A stretch of 63,534 nt of DNA, counting the filler, from Octopus bimaculoides (lineage: Eukaryota), in NCBI RefSeq assembly GCF_001194135.2. It is 6 parts of 6 records of this genome, joined end to end, with 100 filler letters (N's around TTAATTAATTAA, not from the genome) between each part and the next. Parts side by side here need not be neighbours in the genome. Positions count along the whole stretch, not along the records: positions 1 to 21,051 come from NC_068988.1; 5 more parts are not named here. One strand, written 5' to 3'. The notes beneath the pieces were generated by a model, which did not search any database, was not told the origin of the DNA, and saw only the letters and a list, made by a program, of their open reading frames with translations. This document shows positions 1 to 12,414 of the stretch, one piece after another; position 1 is the first letter of the stretch, and the number at the start of each line of letters is the position of its first letter. Made by a program: the position numbers and the translations under genes.

Positions 1-37
<37 letters not shown>

Positions 38-1213
38 GGCATATATATATATATATATATGTATGTATATATATATATATACGCAAAGAAAGTGGGTTGC
101 ATGAGGGGAAAAAAGATTGAGTAATAGGTAGAGAATACGTACACGCAGAGAGAAAGGTAGATATGACTACGAGAAGTGTTTTATTCCTATCGCTGTCATA
201 AAAATACAATGATTACATACCCTCCTAAGAGCAATAAAGGTGTGAGAACTTTACCAAGTGATTGTTACACGTGCAAATTTCTCTCTAGTAAAAGCTGTAA
301 CTTACTATCCTTGACATATTAAATACTTTTCTTTCAATCTGAGTGTGTGTGTGTGAATAGAAAAGAAAACTGAATGTTTTTGGGTAGTTTTTTCACCTCA
401 CGAAAGAATTATATTGATGTGTGTGTGTATGCACGATCGCCCACCCACCCGGATACACAACAATCGGTCTACAAAATTAATTATATTATTGAACAAGTGA
501 AATAATTACTCAAGAGTTGTTGTGAATATAAATAAGGAGCAGCAACAGTCGATAGAATTGAAGGAAAAAGATATAGCGAAAGCAGAAACGTGTGGCCGTC
601 GATAAGGCGTGAGAAGTTAGGACAAGAAGTTTGGTAGCTAATTAGTTTTTGCATAATAATAATAATAATAAACGTAATCATAGTAGAAATAAATGACAGC
701 TGGTTTTATGTTGAACATTAATAAGAATAAAATAATATAATTGCATCTCAACAGCGTGTGCGTGTTTATATGACAGTTGTCTTGTGATGGTTGAAGAGGA
801 AAGAGTTATTTCAGCCCCAATTAAGTAAACCTTTAGTCAAAGGTGTTAAAAAAAAAACCTGATCATCTCGTTTTTCTCTCTAATATTCAATGTGTCCTTC
901 CTTTTTTGAAAAAAAACAAAAAACTGTGCTTTGAGGGAGAGATGGTCGCTATTTCTAGCATGTCGAGTAACCACGTAGAGGCTCCCTCATAGCAGCGGAG
1001 TCCTTCAAAGGAAACGTGTTTCTGTGTTTATGGACCATTAAGCCCAAGTTAATGCTGAACGATGACCAAAAGCTGAAGGACATTAACGATAAATAACCAC
1101 CCCTAGACATGTGTTACAAACGCGATAAACACAAGAGAACAATCCATCAGCCAAATAACGAAACAATTTAGATGGGATAACAAATATATAAACCTAATGG
1201 TAATTGTACTCAC

Positions 1214-1276
1214 CTTGGCCGTGTATAGCATCCAGATTTGCGAGAGAGTATCTTGAGGACTCGGCGAGTCCTCCAT
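1214..1276 (-). CDS. NBEAL1: First coding exon of a neurobeachin-like (BEACH-domain, NBEAL1/2-type) gene; the gene runs off the left edge
   Basis: taaaATGG start context and 21 codons, MEDSPSPQDTLSQIWMLYTAK, then a strong phase-0 donor AAG|gtgagt. LSQIWMLYTAK matches the recalled human NBEAL1 N-terminus (LFELWMLYCTK). NBEAL1 versus NBEAL2 cannot be resolved from this exon. Confidence 0.8.
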
Positions 1277-1279
1277 TTT

Positions 1280-1600
1280 ATGTATTGATAGCCAGACTAC
1301 ACGACTCTGTGTATGAAGCTTAAACGCCCGCTTGTTCTCTAATTACGGTTAACAGCGAATAAACATTTACAAGTGCAGGCCTGTATATACAAAAAAAAAA
1401 AACAATAATGTGTCCGTATGAGAACAGCGAAAGCCGCTGTTACAGGCAACCGCTGATGCCTGCACCGTTTGACATCACCGAGTTTTTTATTGGTTCTTCC
1501 CCTTTGGTGGAAGTTAAATCCGCCGTTGCTTCATTAGTGGCAGCACCGGTAGCCAATCATAACTTTTGACCATGCTCAAAACACAAATACATTATGTGCT
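1280..1600. promoter_or_regulatory. Putative promoter region upstream of the NBEAL-like exon
   Basis: Locally CpG-rich, non-repetitive stretch directly 5' of the start codon. It has CCAAT boxes in both orientations (ATTGG 1489-1493, CCAAT 1553-1557) and an imperfect X-box-like GTTACAGGCAAC at 1439-1450. Confidence 0.45.
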
Positions 1601-1652
1601 CAATGTTTACTTATCTATTGTAATTTTTTCAGAATTTATAATGCGGTTAGAG

Positions 1653-1943
1653 CAGGGGTTTTCAAACTTTTTGACTTGCGGACCCCTTTATATTTCAGGC
1701 TTTACCTTAGAGACCCCCTTATAAACGCTTATGAAATTTATACATATTTGCTTAAAATAACATATTTTTACATTTATTTATTTAACAGTATTTAACAAAT
1801 AGGTTTATTGTCAATTAAAAGATTTCGATTAAAAAACATATATAAAATCAAATTGCCCATAAAAAGTATTTGTTGTCCACGGACACCCTGTCTTGTCCTT
1901 GCGGACCCCCTGTGGTCCGCAGACCACAGTTTGAAAACCCCTG
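1653..1943. mobile_element. hAT (Charlie-like) MITE, 291 bp
   Basis: Perfect 16-bp TIR caggggttttcaaact / agtttgaaaacccctg. The 8-bp TSD is ggttagag (1645-1652) versus gattagag (1944-1951). Subterminal gcggacc motifs are present. Confidence 0.9.
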
Positions 1944-1983
1944 GATTAGAGAACGATCGCGCTATTAGTTATAGTTTCCAAAC

Positions 1984-2032
1984 ATGCCAGCTACTGATCC
2001 ACTGTATTTCCCACGGCAAAAGTGGCAAGGGA
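1984..2032 (+). CDS. Possible first coding exon of an unidentified plus-strand gene (MPATDPLYFPRQKWQG)
   Basis: aaacATG context and a GGA|gtatgt donor, divergent from the NBEAL-like exon. No homology was recognised and no downstream exon was found. Confidence 0.2.
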
Positions 2033-2569
2033 GTATGTTTACTTTAGGGCAGAACAAATATAACAAGAGACCTTATTCCAAAAGCCTTCCGATTTCGGTT
2101 TTCTCGCAGCTGTTAACATCCTTCATCTATAAGTCTCCATACTAGTAACAATAAGACTCTCTCCCATTTCGCATATCATTACTTTTAATTAATTAAAACT
2201 TTTGGGTTATCTCCCTGTGTTTTTGACCACAGTTATTTAAATTACAATTTGCTCTCATCAATAAAGATGAAATCATAATTAAAATTTCCTTGATTAATTA
2301 TTTCTATCTTTTATTATTTGTTTCAGTTATTGGACTGCAGCTATTCTGGGCCACTCCGTTACGAATTTTTGTCAAAACGAATCAACTACCGTACTTCTTA
2401 CTCTTTTTATTTGTCTATTGTTTTTTATTTGGTTTTTTTTTTTTGTTTATTTTTTGAAGCGTGATACTTCTTCTATCAGTCATTTTGCTGAACCGCTAAG
2501 TTACAGGGACTTAAATGTGTCAACACGTGTTGTCAAGTGGTGGTGGGAGAGAGACAAATGAAGACATGA

Positions 2570-2657
2570 AACATGCGCGCGCGCACATGCACACACACGC
2601 ATGCACACATGCATGCACACACCCACAGAAACACATACATACATACATACATACATA

Positions 2658-2689
<32 letters not shown>

Positions 2690-2790
2690 CATGTATGTAT
2701 ATATATATATATAATAATACAAAGAATATATATACATGTATACACACATATATGTACATACTTACATCTACATGTGTATATACATGCATA
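2570..2790. repeat. Compound (CA)/(TACA)/(TG)/(TA) microsatellite
   Basis: Visible low-complexity repeats; the source of several spurious ORFs. Confidence 0.95.
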
Positions 2791-3473
2791 TCAGGGTACA
2801 GGACGTTAGAACAATAAACTACAGACAACGGAACGAACACATAGGAAAACGGAAAGCCCCTTGGAATATCCCTTCATCAGCTGTCTCTATTCTATCTAGA
2901 CGTTTCGAAGACCAGACAGCGTACTCTAGAATAGTCTCTTCCTGAGTAGTGGATCAACCAACTACACAGAGGATTCCAAGGTGGCAAACACAAACCAAGA
3001 CAGGAAAAAATGGACAGTGAAAACAACATATATATATATATATATATATTTATNNNNNNNNNNNNNNNNNNNNNNNNNNNNNNNNNNNNNNNNNNNNNNN
3101 NNNNNNNNNNNNNNNNNNNNNNNNNNNNNNNNNNNNNNNNNNNNNNNNNNNNNNNNNNNNNNNNNNNNNNNNNNNNNNNNNNNNNNNNNNNNNNNNNNNN
3201 NNNNNNNNNNNNNNNNNNNNNNNNNNNNNNNNNNNNNNNNNNNNNNNNNNNNNNNNNNNNNNNNNNNNNNNNNNNNNNNNNNNNNNNNNNNNNNNNNNNN
3301 NNNNNNNNNNNNNNNNNNNNNNNNNNNNNNNNNNNNNNNNNNNNNNNNNNNNNNNNNNNNNNNNNNNNNNNNNNNNNNNNNNNNNNNNNNNNNNNNNNNN
3401 NNNNNNNNNNNNNNNNNNNNNNNNNNNNNNNNNNNNNNNNNNNNNNNNNNATACATACATACATACATACATA

Positions 3474-3505
<32 letters not shown>

Positions 3506-3609
3506 CATGTATGTATATATATATATATACATAAATACGGGGAGGACAAACTGAGGAACTTTTACTGCATTTTTGACATAAGGAAAATGTATTTTTTACA
3601 AATACAGGT

Positions 3610-3772
3610 GTAGACGTGGTTGTGTGGTAAGAAGCTTACTTTCCAACCACATGGTTCCAGGTTCAGTCCCACTGCATGGCACCTTGGGCAAGTGTCTTTT
3701 ACCATAAGATCAGGGCGACCAAAGCCTTGCAAGTGGATTTGGTAAACAGAAACTGAAAGAAGCCCATTGTAT
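3610..3772 (+). mobile_element. tRNA-derived SINE family A, 5' part
   Basis: Matches the head of the full-length copy at 43749 (gtggtaag...ccacatggttcc.ggttcagtcccactgc.tggcaccttgggcaagtgtc). Confidence 0.85.
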
Positions 3773-3773
3773 A

Positions 3774-4247
3774 TCATCATCGTCGTTTAATATCCACTTT
3801 CCATGCTGGCATGGGTTGGACGGTTTGACTGAGGACTGGTGAGCCAGAAGGCTGCACCAAGCTCAATCTGATCTGGCAAAGTGTCTACAGCTGGATGCCC
3901 TTCCTAATGCCAACCACTCCGGGAGTGTAGAGAATGCTTCTATGTGCCACCAGCATGAGAGTCAGTCAAGCGGTACTGACAACGGCCACGCTCAAATGGT
4001 GTTTTTTATGTGCCACCTGCACAAGGGCCAGTCCAGCGGCACTGGCAATCACCTCACTCGAATGTTGTTTTCTACATGTCACAAGTGCCAGTAAGGTGAC
4101 GCTGGTAACAATCATGCTCGAATGATGTTTTTTATGTGCCACCAGCATGGGAGCCAGTTAGCGGCTGTGGTAATGATCGCGCTAGGATGGTGCTTTTAAC
4201 ATTCCACTGGCACGAATATTAAAAGCGAATTTGATATACATATATAT

Positions 4248-4289
<42 letters not shown>

Positions 4290-4550
4290 TCATCATCATC
4301 ATCATCATCATTTAATGTCCGCTTTCCATGCTAGCATGGGTTGGACGATTTGACTGAGGACTGGTGAAACCGGATGGCAACACCAGGCTCCAATCTAATT
4401 TGGCAGAGTTTCTACAGCTGGATGCCCTTCCTAACGCCAACCACTCAGAGAGTGTAGTGGGTGCTTTTACGTGTCACCCGCACGAAAACGGCCACGCTCG
4501 AAATGGTGTCTTTTATGTGCCACCCGCACAAGCCAGTCCAGGGGCACTGG
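3774..4550 (-). mobile_element. Two copies of SINE family C with an RTE-like 3' tail ending in (ATG)n
   Basis: Shared ccatgctagcatgggttggacg...ctacagctggatgcccttcctaa.gccaaccactc core at about 3774-4215 and 4287-4550; many other copies occur in the window. Confidence 0.85.
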
Positions 4551-6032
4551 CATATATATATATATACTTTGTTTTTGGATTTGGTTTACAAGGTTCTTTA
4601 TGTGAGTTCATGTGTTGAAGCATATTCTCTTGTGTCTGGGGAGAGTCATTCTCTTTTAGTGCCTCATTATTTAACGCACTCACTGATAAAATTTACACTT
4701 ATTTCCTTATTTTTCCTAAAATTTTCGTTGCATCATGCAACCGTTTCAATAGTCGTTGACTCTGTCTGTTATCTGAGCTGCGTTCTTTTTGTTTGTTTGT
4801 GCGCATGTGTGTGGGTCAGTGTGCATGCACATACACATGTATGTATGTATTATTGTGTGTATGTATGCATGTATGTATGTATGTATGTATGTAAGTATGT
4901 ATGCCTGCATGCTTGTACATGTGTGCATGCATGTATACATACATATACACATACGTACGTACATACATACATACAGACATTTGCATGCAGGCATACATAC
5001 ATGCATGTATGTATGCATATATGTATGTATGTATGCATGTAAGTGTGTGTATGCATGTATGTGTTTGTGTGCGTGTGTGTGTTGCCTGGTCTGAGATTCT
5101 AACCTGCAATCCCTCAACTGTGAGTCCGCTGCTGTAACCACAAGGCCTTATGCCTCCATTTGTAGAATAAGTACTAAAACTTTAAACAGAAAACACTGAG
5201 GCTGATTTGTTTAACAAAACCCTTAAAGGGGGTGCTCCAGCATGGCAGCTGTCCAGCGACTTTTACTTGTTTCAGTTATTTGACTGCGGCCATGCTGGAG
5301 CACTGCCTTAAAGGGTCTTAGTCAAAGAAATTGATCCCAGGTATTTCAGTCCTTTGTCATCTTGTTTGAAAGGTTCAGTGTTCCAAGGTCGCTTTTCAGC
5401 ACTTCATCTTTATCCTTCAAGAAAAACATTATAGGGTAAGTATGAAAGGTTGGATCTGGCTTGTTTGATTATAAAACAGGTAGAATATTTGGGCTGGATA
5501 GGGCTGGTTTAAATGCTAAAGGGTTAAAGACTACTTATCTGTATACATTTTTTCTTTTTTTGTTTTGGTTATAAGCAATACAAAAAGGAAAATAATAAAT
5601 CAGAAATCAAAAAAAAAGCATAAACAATAAATCAAAAATAAGCAAATTTATGCAAATTTATGTATGTCTTGTTCTTCTTTTTTTAAAAAAAATACAGAAG
5701 AGAAAATTTCAGACTCTTCCTTAACGAATAATAACTGGTTTCAGTCCCTCTGTACAGCATCTCAGGCAAAAGTCTTCAACTCTAGCCCCTACTGACCAAT
5801 GCCTTGTGTGTGTATGTGTGTTTCCGCCCCCTACCTCTACCCCACCATCTGACAACCAGTGCTGGTTTGTTTATGCTCCCGTAAGTTAGTGGTTCAGCTA
5901 ACGACATCAATAGACTAAGTAGTAGACTTAAAAAAAAAAATACTGTGGCTGATTTGTTGAACAAATCCCTAAAAGGCGGTGCTCCAGCATGGCAGCTGTC
6001 TAGTGACTGAGGCAAATGAGAAAAAAAAACAT

Positions 6033-6421
6033 TCTTTTATTCTCTTATTCTTTTACTTGTTTCAGTCATTTAACTGCGGCCATGCTGGAGCACCTCTTTA
6101 AGCAGGTTTTAGTCGAAGGAATCGACCCCAGGACTTATTCTTTTAAACCTACTACTTATTCTATCGGTTTCTTTTGCTGAACTGCTAAGTTACAGGGACA
6201 TAACCACACCAACGTTGGTTGTTAAGCGATGGAGGGAATACAAACACACACACACACACGACAGGTATCTTACAGTTTCTGTCTACCAAATCCACTCACA
6301 AGGCTTTAGTCAGCCTGAGGCTATAGTAGAAGACACTTGCCCAAGGTGTCACGCAGTGAGACTGAACCTGGAACTATGTGGCTGAGAAGCAAGCTTCGTA
6401 CCACACAACCACGTCTGTGCC
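6033..6421 (-). mobile_element. SINE family A, near full length
   Basis: Reverse complement of the 43749-44097 copy, including the gcggccatgctggagcacc tail and internal (CA)n. Confidence 0.85.
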
Positions 6422-8704
6422 TCCGCACAGTCACGCCTGATGATGGCAATTAAAAATTGACTGTTTTTGACGTTTTTGCATCTGGTTTGCAAGATTCTTT
6501 ATGTGAATTCATGTGTTGAAACAAATTTTGTTATGTCTAGGGAGAGTCATTATGTCAATATTGACATAACTCACTCTTTCTCCCTCTCTCTACACAACAA
6601 AATTCATTCATTATTTTGTATTGAAGGGAAATAACTGCTTCTACAAATATTTGCTATAACCTCCCTTGGATTTTACCAGTATCAAATATTTTACTTTGTA
6701 CATTAAAAAAAACTAAGAGATGGGTTTAGCAGAGTCGTTAGAGCAATACAGAAAATGCCTTGTGGTATTTATTCCGGTTCTTTACGTTCCTAGGTTAAGT
6801 CCCACCCAGGTGAACTTTCCTTTTCATCTTTCCGTTGGTGATAAAATAAAGTGTCTGTTAAATACTGGAATGCTATTTTTCAGAAATGCTATTTAATTTA
6901 GTTTCTTTTTTTANNNNNNNNNNNNNNNNNNNNNNNNNNNNNNNNNNNNNNNNNNNNNNNNNNNNNNNNNNNNNNNNNNNNNNNNNNNNNNNNNNNNNNN
7001 NNNNNNNNNNNNNNNNNNNNNNNNNNNNNNNNNNNNNNNNNNNNNNNNNNNNNNNNNNNNNNNNNNNNNNNNNNNNNNNNNNNNNNNNNNNNNNNNNNNN
7101 NNNNNNNNNNNNNNNNNNNNNNNNNNNNNNNNNNNNNNNNNNNNNNNNNNNNNNNNNNNNNNNNNNNNNNNNNNNNNNNNNNNNNNNNNNNNNNNNNNNN
7201 NNNNNNNNNNNNNNNNNNNNNNNNNNNNNNNNNNNNNNNNNNNNNNNNNNNNNNNNNNNNNNNNNNNNNNNNNNNNNNNNNNNNNNNNNNNNNNNNNNNN
7301 NNNNNNNNNNNNNNNNNNNNNNNNNNNNNNNNNNNNNNNNNNNNNNNNNNNNNNNNNNNNNNNNNNNNNNNNNNNNNNNNNNNNNNNNNNNNNNNNNNNN
7401 NNNNNNNNNNNNNNNNNNNNNNNNNNNNNNNNNNNNNNNNNNNNNNNNNNNNNNNNNNNNNNNNNNNNNNNNNNNNNNNNNNNNNNNNNNNNNNNNNNNN
7501 NNNNNNNNNNNNNNNNNNNNNNNTGTTTTTCATGCTTTACTCTAAGTTGAAAAAGTCGCAAAGACTGAAACTGGTACTAAAATGTTCTTGATGATAAAAT
7601 TATTTTAGCATTTTCTACCTTGTCTTATTTTCCCTATACATATCAACTCGTGTGTTCCTTTTCAACCATCTACATATATATATATATAGTAGAAATATGT
7701 TAAAAAACAAAATAGAAACTACACGTGGAAATGTAAGGGGAAAGAAAGCAGAAAAATAAGAGAAAATACACATTGAAAATCAAAAAGAAGGTAAGGCTTT
7801 TTATGAAAAGTAACGATATATATATACAATTAGATGAACTGAGGTAGGAATAAAGGTAAAAAAAGTCATTATTGTGAGTTGTTAAAGAGATTTACAAGCA
7901 TACCAGTTTTGTAGTATTACTAGTCATATGTCCTTTGAAAACAAGGTGTATTGGATGTCAGTTAAGTGCTCTGTTATGAGATATGTCTATGTATTATGTT
8001 TGTCCTCCCAACATCGCTTGACAGATGCTGGTGTGTTTACATCCCCGTAGCTTAGTGGTTTGGCAAAAAGCAACCGATAGAATAAGTACTAGGCTTACAA
8101 AAAATAAGTCCCAGGGTCGATTTGCTCGACTAAAGGCGGTGCTCCAGCAAGGCTGCAATCAAATGACTGAACCAAATAAAAGAATAAAAGAATATTTTTA
8201 GTTTAGGTGTGATATTGAATGTTGAAAAGAATTCAAGTGTACCATAAGTAAAAGAAAAAGGTTGTGGAGTGACTGTTGTATGCTTGAGAACCAACTGATA
8301 AGGATGTTACAGTTGTAATGTAGTGAACCAACCTGTAGAGGCAACAAGTACAATACTAACTCAACAATCCCTGATTCTATTTAAGTGGTACTCCATCAGT
8401 TACAACCGTGTATGTCCCAGCTGATCCAATCAGCAGAACAGCCTGCTTGTGGAATCAATATGCAAATGGCTGAGTACTCCACAGACATGCATACCCTTAA
8501 TGTGCTTCTTAGGGAGATTCAGTGTGACAGAATGTGACAAGGCTGATCCTTTGAAATACAGGTACTATTCATTTTTGCCAGCTGAGTTGACTGGAGCAGT
8601 GTGAAATAAAGTGTCTTTCTCAAGGACACAATGTATCACTAGGTATTGAACTTACAACCTTACAATTCTGAGCTGAATACCCAAACCCCTAAGCTATGTA
8701 CCTT

Positions 8705-9085
8705 TACCTTGACTCTACCGCAAGATACCAAATGATATCCCCAACCACTACCAGAAACAAATGTCTACCACTGTGCACAAATTCACCTCTTCTGTCTCAC
8801 TTCCACCCTCTTTCACAAACCTCACTATAACACCACACCCTAAACCTTCACCATCTACTTCGTCCTCAAAATTCGCAGACAATTCCAGCCATCCTGTCAT
8901 CTCAAGCTGCATCTGCCTTGTTGAACTTCTCTCTGTGTACCTTGACAAAATATTACCACCTCTCGTAGCATCCTTAATGTCAAACATTAAAGCTACCAAC
9001 CATGCCGTTGACCTCTTCATGTCATTCTCTTCTCTACCTGGACAGTCCAAACACTTTTGCACCTTGGATATTAAATCTTTACATA
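8705..9085 (+). mobile_element. Penelope-like element reverse transcriptase fragment (frameshifted)
   Basis: Translates across a frameshift to IYFVLKIRR / HPVISSCICLVELLSVYLDKILPPLVASLMSNIKATNH / FCTLDIKSL, matching the PLE RT motifs FYLLPKIHK, RPIVS and TLDVKSLY. Confidence 0.8.
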
Positions 9086-9471
9086 GTCATCTCGAAAAGA
9101 GTCAGAGAATTTCTATGACTTCGTTAGCCTCAATTTTTGGCCTTCCAATTCCACTGATTGTAATCCCATGGATTACTGTGTTGGGTGTGGTTGAGAAAGA
9201 CACCAACTGCTCTGCCTGCAACACCAACGTGGTGTCAATTATTGAGGAGGTGTCCAAAGATCTTCCCAGGGACACAATGAGAAATGCATCAGGTTCCAGA
9301 GCCATTTTGAGGACTTGGTAGATGCTGAGGACAACTATTTTCAGTAAATTGTTATCAGCCAGCCAAAATCTAGTTGATATCTCTTTATTTCTTATAATAC
9401 TTTTACTTTTGGACGGGATGTTGTTTGTATTTTCTTTTCCTCTTAATCAGTCAAATTTATCCTGAACACTG
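9086..9471 (+). mobile_element. Tc1/mariner transposon 3' end (transposase C-terminus plus right end)
   Basis: ENFYDF..NFWPSNSTDCNPMDY.VLGVVEKDTN matches the WPPNSPDLNPLDY catalytic motif. The element ends at cctgaacactg followed by TA. Confidence 0.8.
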
Positions 9472-9484
9472 TATATAATACACA

Positions 9485-9519
<35 letters not shown>

Positions 9520-10764
9520 GTGTGTGTTTATAATGTATTTGAACATGCATACATGTGCATACACACTACAAGTAACAAAAAAAGTATAAAAAGCTAAGAC
9601 ATCAAGATAAGATAGTTCAAAGTGTCATCACAAGTACATTATATGACATAATTTAAGCTCTCTAATTATCTGATGACATATTTCAACAAACACAATGGAA
9701 GTGATAGGTAGTAGCTCTCGTAACTTCTGATCTGAACTGATTGGAAGTGCTAACATGTACATGTTTTGAAGTAGTTGTGTGCTGTCAGCTTAATGTGACA
9801 GTCCCCTGAAGGGAATACTACTACTGTTAGTTAGACCTAGGAAGCTGCACTGCTTCCTGTCGGCCTTGACACATTTCCTGTGTCCTTATGTTTACAGTGG
9901 GGAGACAAGCACCTCCACCCAGCTAAGCCTGCATCATCATCATTGTTTAATGTCCACCTTCCAAGCTGACATTGTTATATATATGGGCCTTATGGAGACT
10001 GAGTTCTTTTCAAGTGTTGGGCCTCTTGGAAGCAATGACCTAGACCTATGGCATTATGTGGTGCTTGAGAAGAAGACCCATCAAGCCGATCAAATTGCAG
10101 TCATGGAAGAAACTGATGTCATGTAAATTGGCACCCAAGCTGGTGGCACATAAAAGCCCCTTGGTGTCACACAAATGGCACCAGTGCCGGTGGTATGTAA
10201 AAGCACCCATTACATGCTCAGTGTGGTTGGCATTAGGAAGGACATCCAGCTGTAGAAAACCATACCAAATCAGACTGGAGCCTGGTGCAGCCTTCCAGTG
10301 TGCCAGCCCAGTCAAACTGTTCAACCCATGGACAATGAACGTTAAATGATGATGATGATATATATATATATGTATNNNNNNNNNNNNNNNNNNNNNNNNN
10401 NNNNNNNNNNNNNNNNNNNNNNNNNNNNNNNNNNNNNNNNNNNNNNNNNNNNNNNNNNNNNNNNNNNNNNNNNNNNNNNNNNNNNNNNNNNNNNNNNNNN
10501 NNNNNNNNNNNNNNNNNNNNNNNNNNNNNNNNNNNNNNNNNNNNNNNNNNNNNNNNNNNNNNNNNNNNNNNNNNNNNNNNNNNNNNNNNNNNNNNNNNNN
10601 NNNNNNNNNNNNNNNNNNNNNNNNNNNNNNNNNNNNNNNNNNNNNNNNNNNNNCTAAAGGCGGTGCTCCAGCATGGCCACAGTCAAATTACAGAAACAAA
10701 TAAAAAAAAAATGAAAGATGCAATATAACATACAACACATTCACAGAAGATAAATAAAAGAATT

Positions 10765-10805
10765 TTTATTAAATTATAAATATAGAATTTATTCTTTATT
10801 TTATT
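10765..10805 (-). terminator. Cluster of AATAAA polyadenylation signals for the M6PR/Atg27-like gene
   Basis: tttatt on the plus strand at 10765, 10788, 10795 and 10800, about 115-155 nt after the stop codon. The region is AT-rich, so some matches are expected by chance. Confidence 0.5.
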
Positions 10806-10919
10806 TACAAATTCTCTACGTTTTTCACTCACAAATGTTCATATCCAAGAGAAAAGAATAACGGTTTTAAAATGATATTTTATATAAAAGATATATCCTC
10901 TCAATTTTTTGGATCATGT

Positions 10920-10988
10920 TTAAATTTCATTATATTCTTTCCTCTTATTCAATTTTCCACATTTAGTAAGAGTGAACGCGAAACCATC
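10920..10988 (-). CDS. CD-M6PR/Atg27-family membrane protein, terminal coding exon (DGFAFTLTKCGKLNKRKEYNEI*)
   Basis: Polypyrimidine acceptor ctttttcttttattttag|GAT in phase 0, matching the upstream donor. DG(F/C)xF is the conserved tail motif of the family, and the protein ends in a Yxx-hydrophobic motif. Confidence 0.85.
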   Translation of the reverse strand, partial: DGFAFTLTKCGKLNKRKEYNEI

Positions 10989-11149
10989 CTAAAATAAAAG
11001 AAAAAGATTGTTGAGGGTATTTAATTAAGTTTGGAGGCAGAAAGGGGTGGCTCAGAGCAATAACCATACAGTCTGAGAGTTATTTCATTTTGGCTTACAA
11101 GATTCTTGATGTGAACTTGTGTGCTGAAACATATTTCGTTGTTTCTTGG

Positions 11150-11480
11150 GAGGGCCATTATGCCAATAACACATGCACTAGTTCTGTTTCGCTTCTTTAT
11201 TTTTTATTTGCGAATTGTTAGCTAATTAACTAATTAACTAATCAATTGTTTGATTTGTCATTTGGTTAATCAATCAATCAGTTTGATTTGTCAGACCTGA
11301 AAAAGACCTGAGGTCAGAAGTGGCAGCAAAAAGACTTTGGCAAACATGATTGCTTGATTAATTAAACAATTAATCAAAGAAATGCTTACTTAATTGGTTA
11401 GATGGTTAACCAATTGACAAATTATTAATAAAGAAGTGAAATAAAAGCAGTGTGTGTGTGTTGGCATTATTGGCTTAATG
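11150..11480. mobile_element. Foldback/MITE-like imperfect palindrome
   Basis: gccattatgccaataacaca...gtttcgcttctttatt (from ~11155) is the approximate reverse complement of aataaagaagtgaaat...gtgttggcattattggc (to ~11475). Confidence 0.6.
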
Positions 11481-12414
11481 TCCTTCACAAGATACAGCAA
11501 AAGCCTAAAAATGTTAGATCAGATCTTTACAAAGATGTATAGTATTCATAGATAAGTTGTCACAGTGGCTACTCATTAAAAATGCATCTAAACATAAAAG
11601 CATTCACACTACAACAGGTCCTGTGTAAGAGATAAGGTTATCACAAATTTTGTTTCCATGCCATTGCCAGAACAGCCTGACTGGCCCTCGTGCCAGTGGC
11701 ACATAGAAAGCACCCACTACACTCTCGGAGTGGTTTGCATTAGGAAGGGATCCAGCTGTAGAGACTCTGCCGGATCAGATTAGAGTCAGTCCCCAGTCAA
11801 ATCGTCCAGCCCATGCTAGCAGATGCCTTTTACATGGCACCAGCAGTCTGTCAGAAATCCATTGCAAATTGTAATAAATTTTAACATTTTATTTGTTCAT
11901 TTAACCCTTTAGCAGTCAGATTACTCTGTCAAACATAATGCTTAATTATTCACATTGTTTTGAATTATTCATGCCAAGGTCGACTTTGCCTTTCTTCCTT
12001 TCAGGGTCAATAAAATAAATACCAGTTAAATATTGGGGTTGATGAAATTGATTTACACCCCCACCCCAACTCCCATTGTCCCCAAATTGCTGGCTTTGTG
12101 AAAAAATTTGAAACCACTATCACATTTCCCAGGCATAAAATATTTCTACTCAAGGAAAAAATAATGGGAGAAAATGTTGGCGCAAGGCCTGCGGTTCTTA
12201 GAAAGGAGGTAACTCAATTGCACTAACCCCAGGATGCAACTGGTACATCATTTCTTGACCCTGAAAGAATGAAAGACAAAGAAGACCGCGGTGGGATTCA
12301 AAGTTAGAATGTAAAGCACCAGAACAAATGCTGTTAGACATTTGTCCAGTGCCCTAATGATTTTGGCAAATAGCAGCCCTTATTCAAGTAAAAATACCAG
12401 AAGAAAGTTATTAC

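Noticed and set aside
1408-1569. 53-codon plus-strand ORF and an antiparallel open frame
   Set aside because: No splice signals or recognisable homology; it overlaps the presumed promoter.
2858-2985. Minus-strand GAAACGTC...CTGATGA motifs inside a ccttggaat/attccaagg inverted repeat
   Set aside because: The motif order would need a type II hammerhead, but stems I and II do not pair. It is possibly PLE-derived, but no ribozyme fold is supported.
2634-3530. Near-identical ~80-bp compound microsatellite either side of the 3054-3450 gap (a similar case occurs at 61560-61800)
   Set aside because: More likely an assembly overlap or collapsed repeat at gap edges than a biological duplication.
5350-5435. 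Apparent plus-strand exon with ttcag| and AGG|gtaagt
   Set aside because: It appears to lie in a dispersed repeat ending in aatgctaaagggttaa (the opposite terminus ttaaccctttagca is at ~11902), and the frame needed to join exon 1984-2032 has a stop.
8761-9321. 186-aa ORF as a single gene
   Set aside because: It is a chance fusion of a Penelope RT fragment and an out-of-frame Tc1/mariner fragment.
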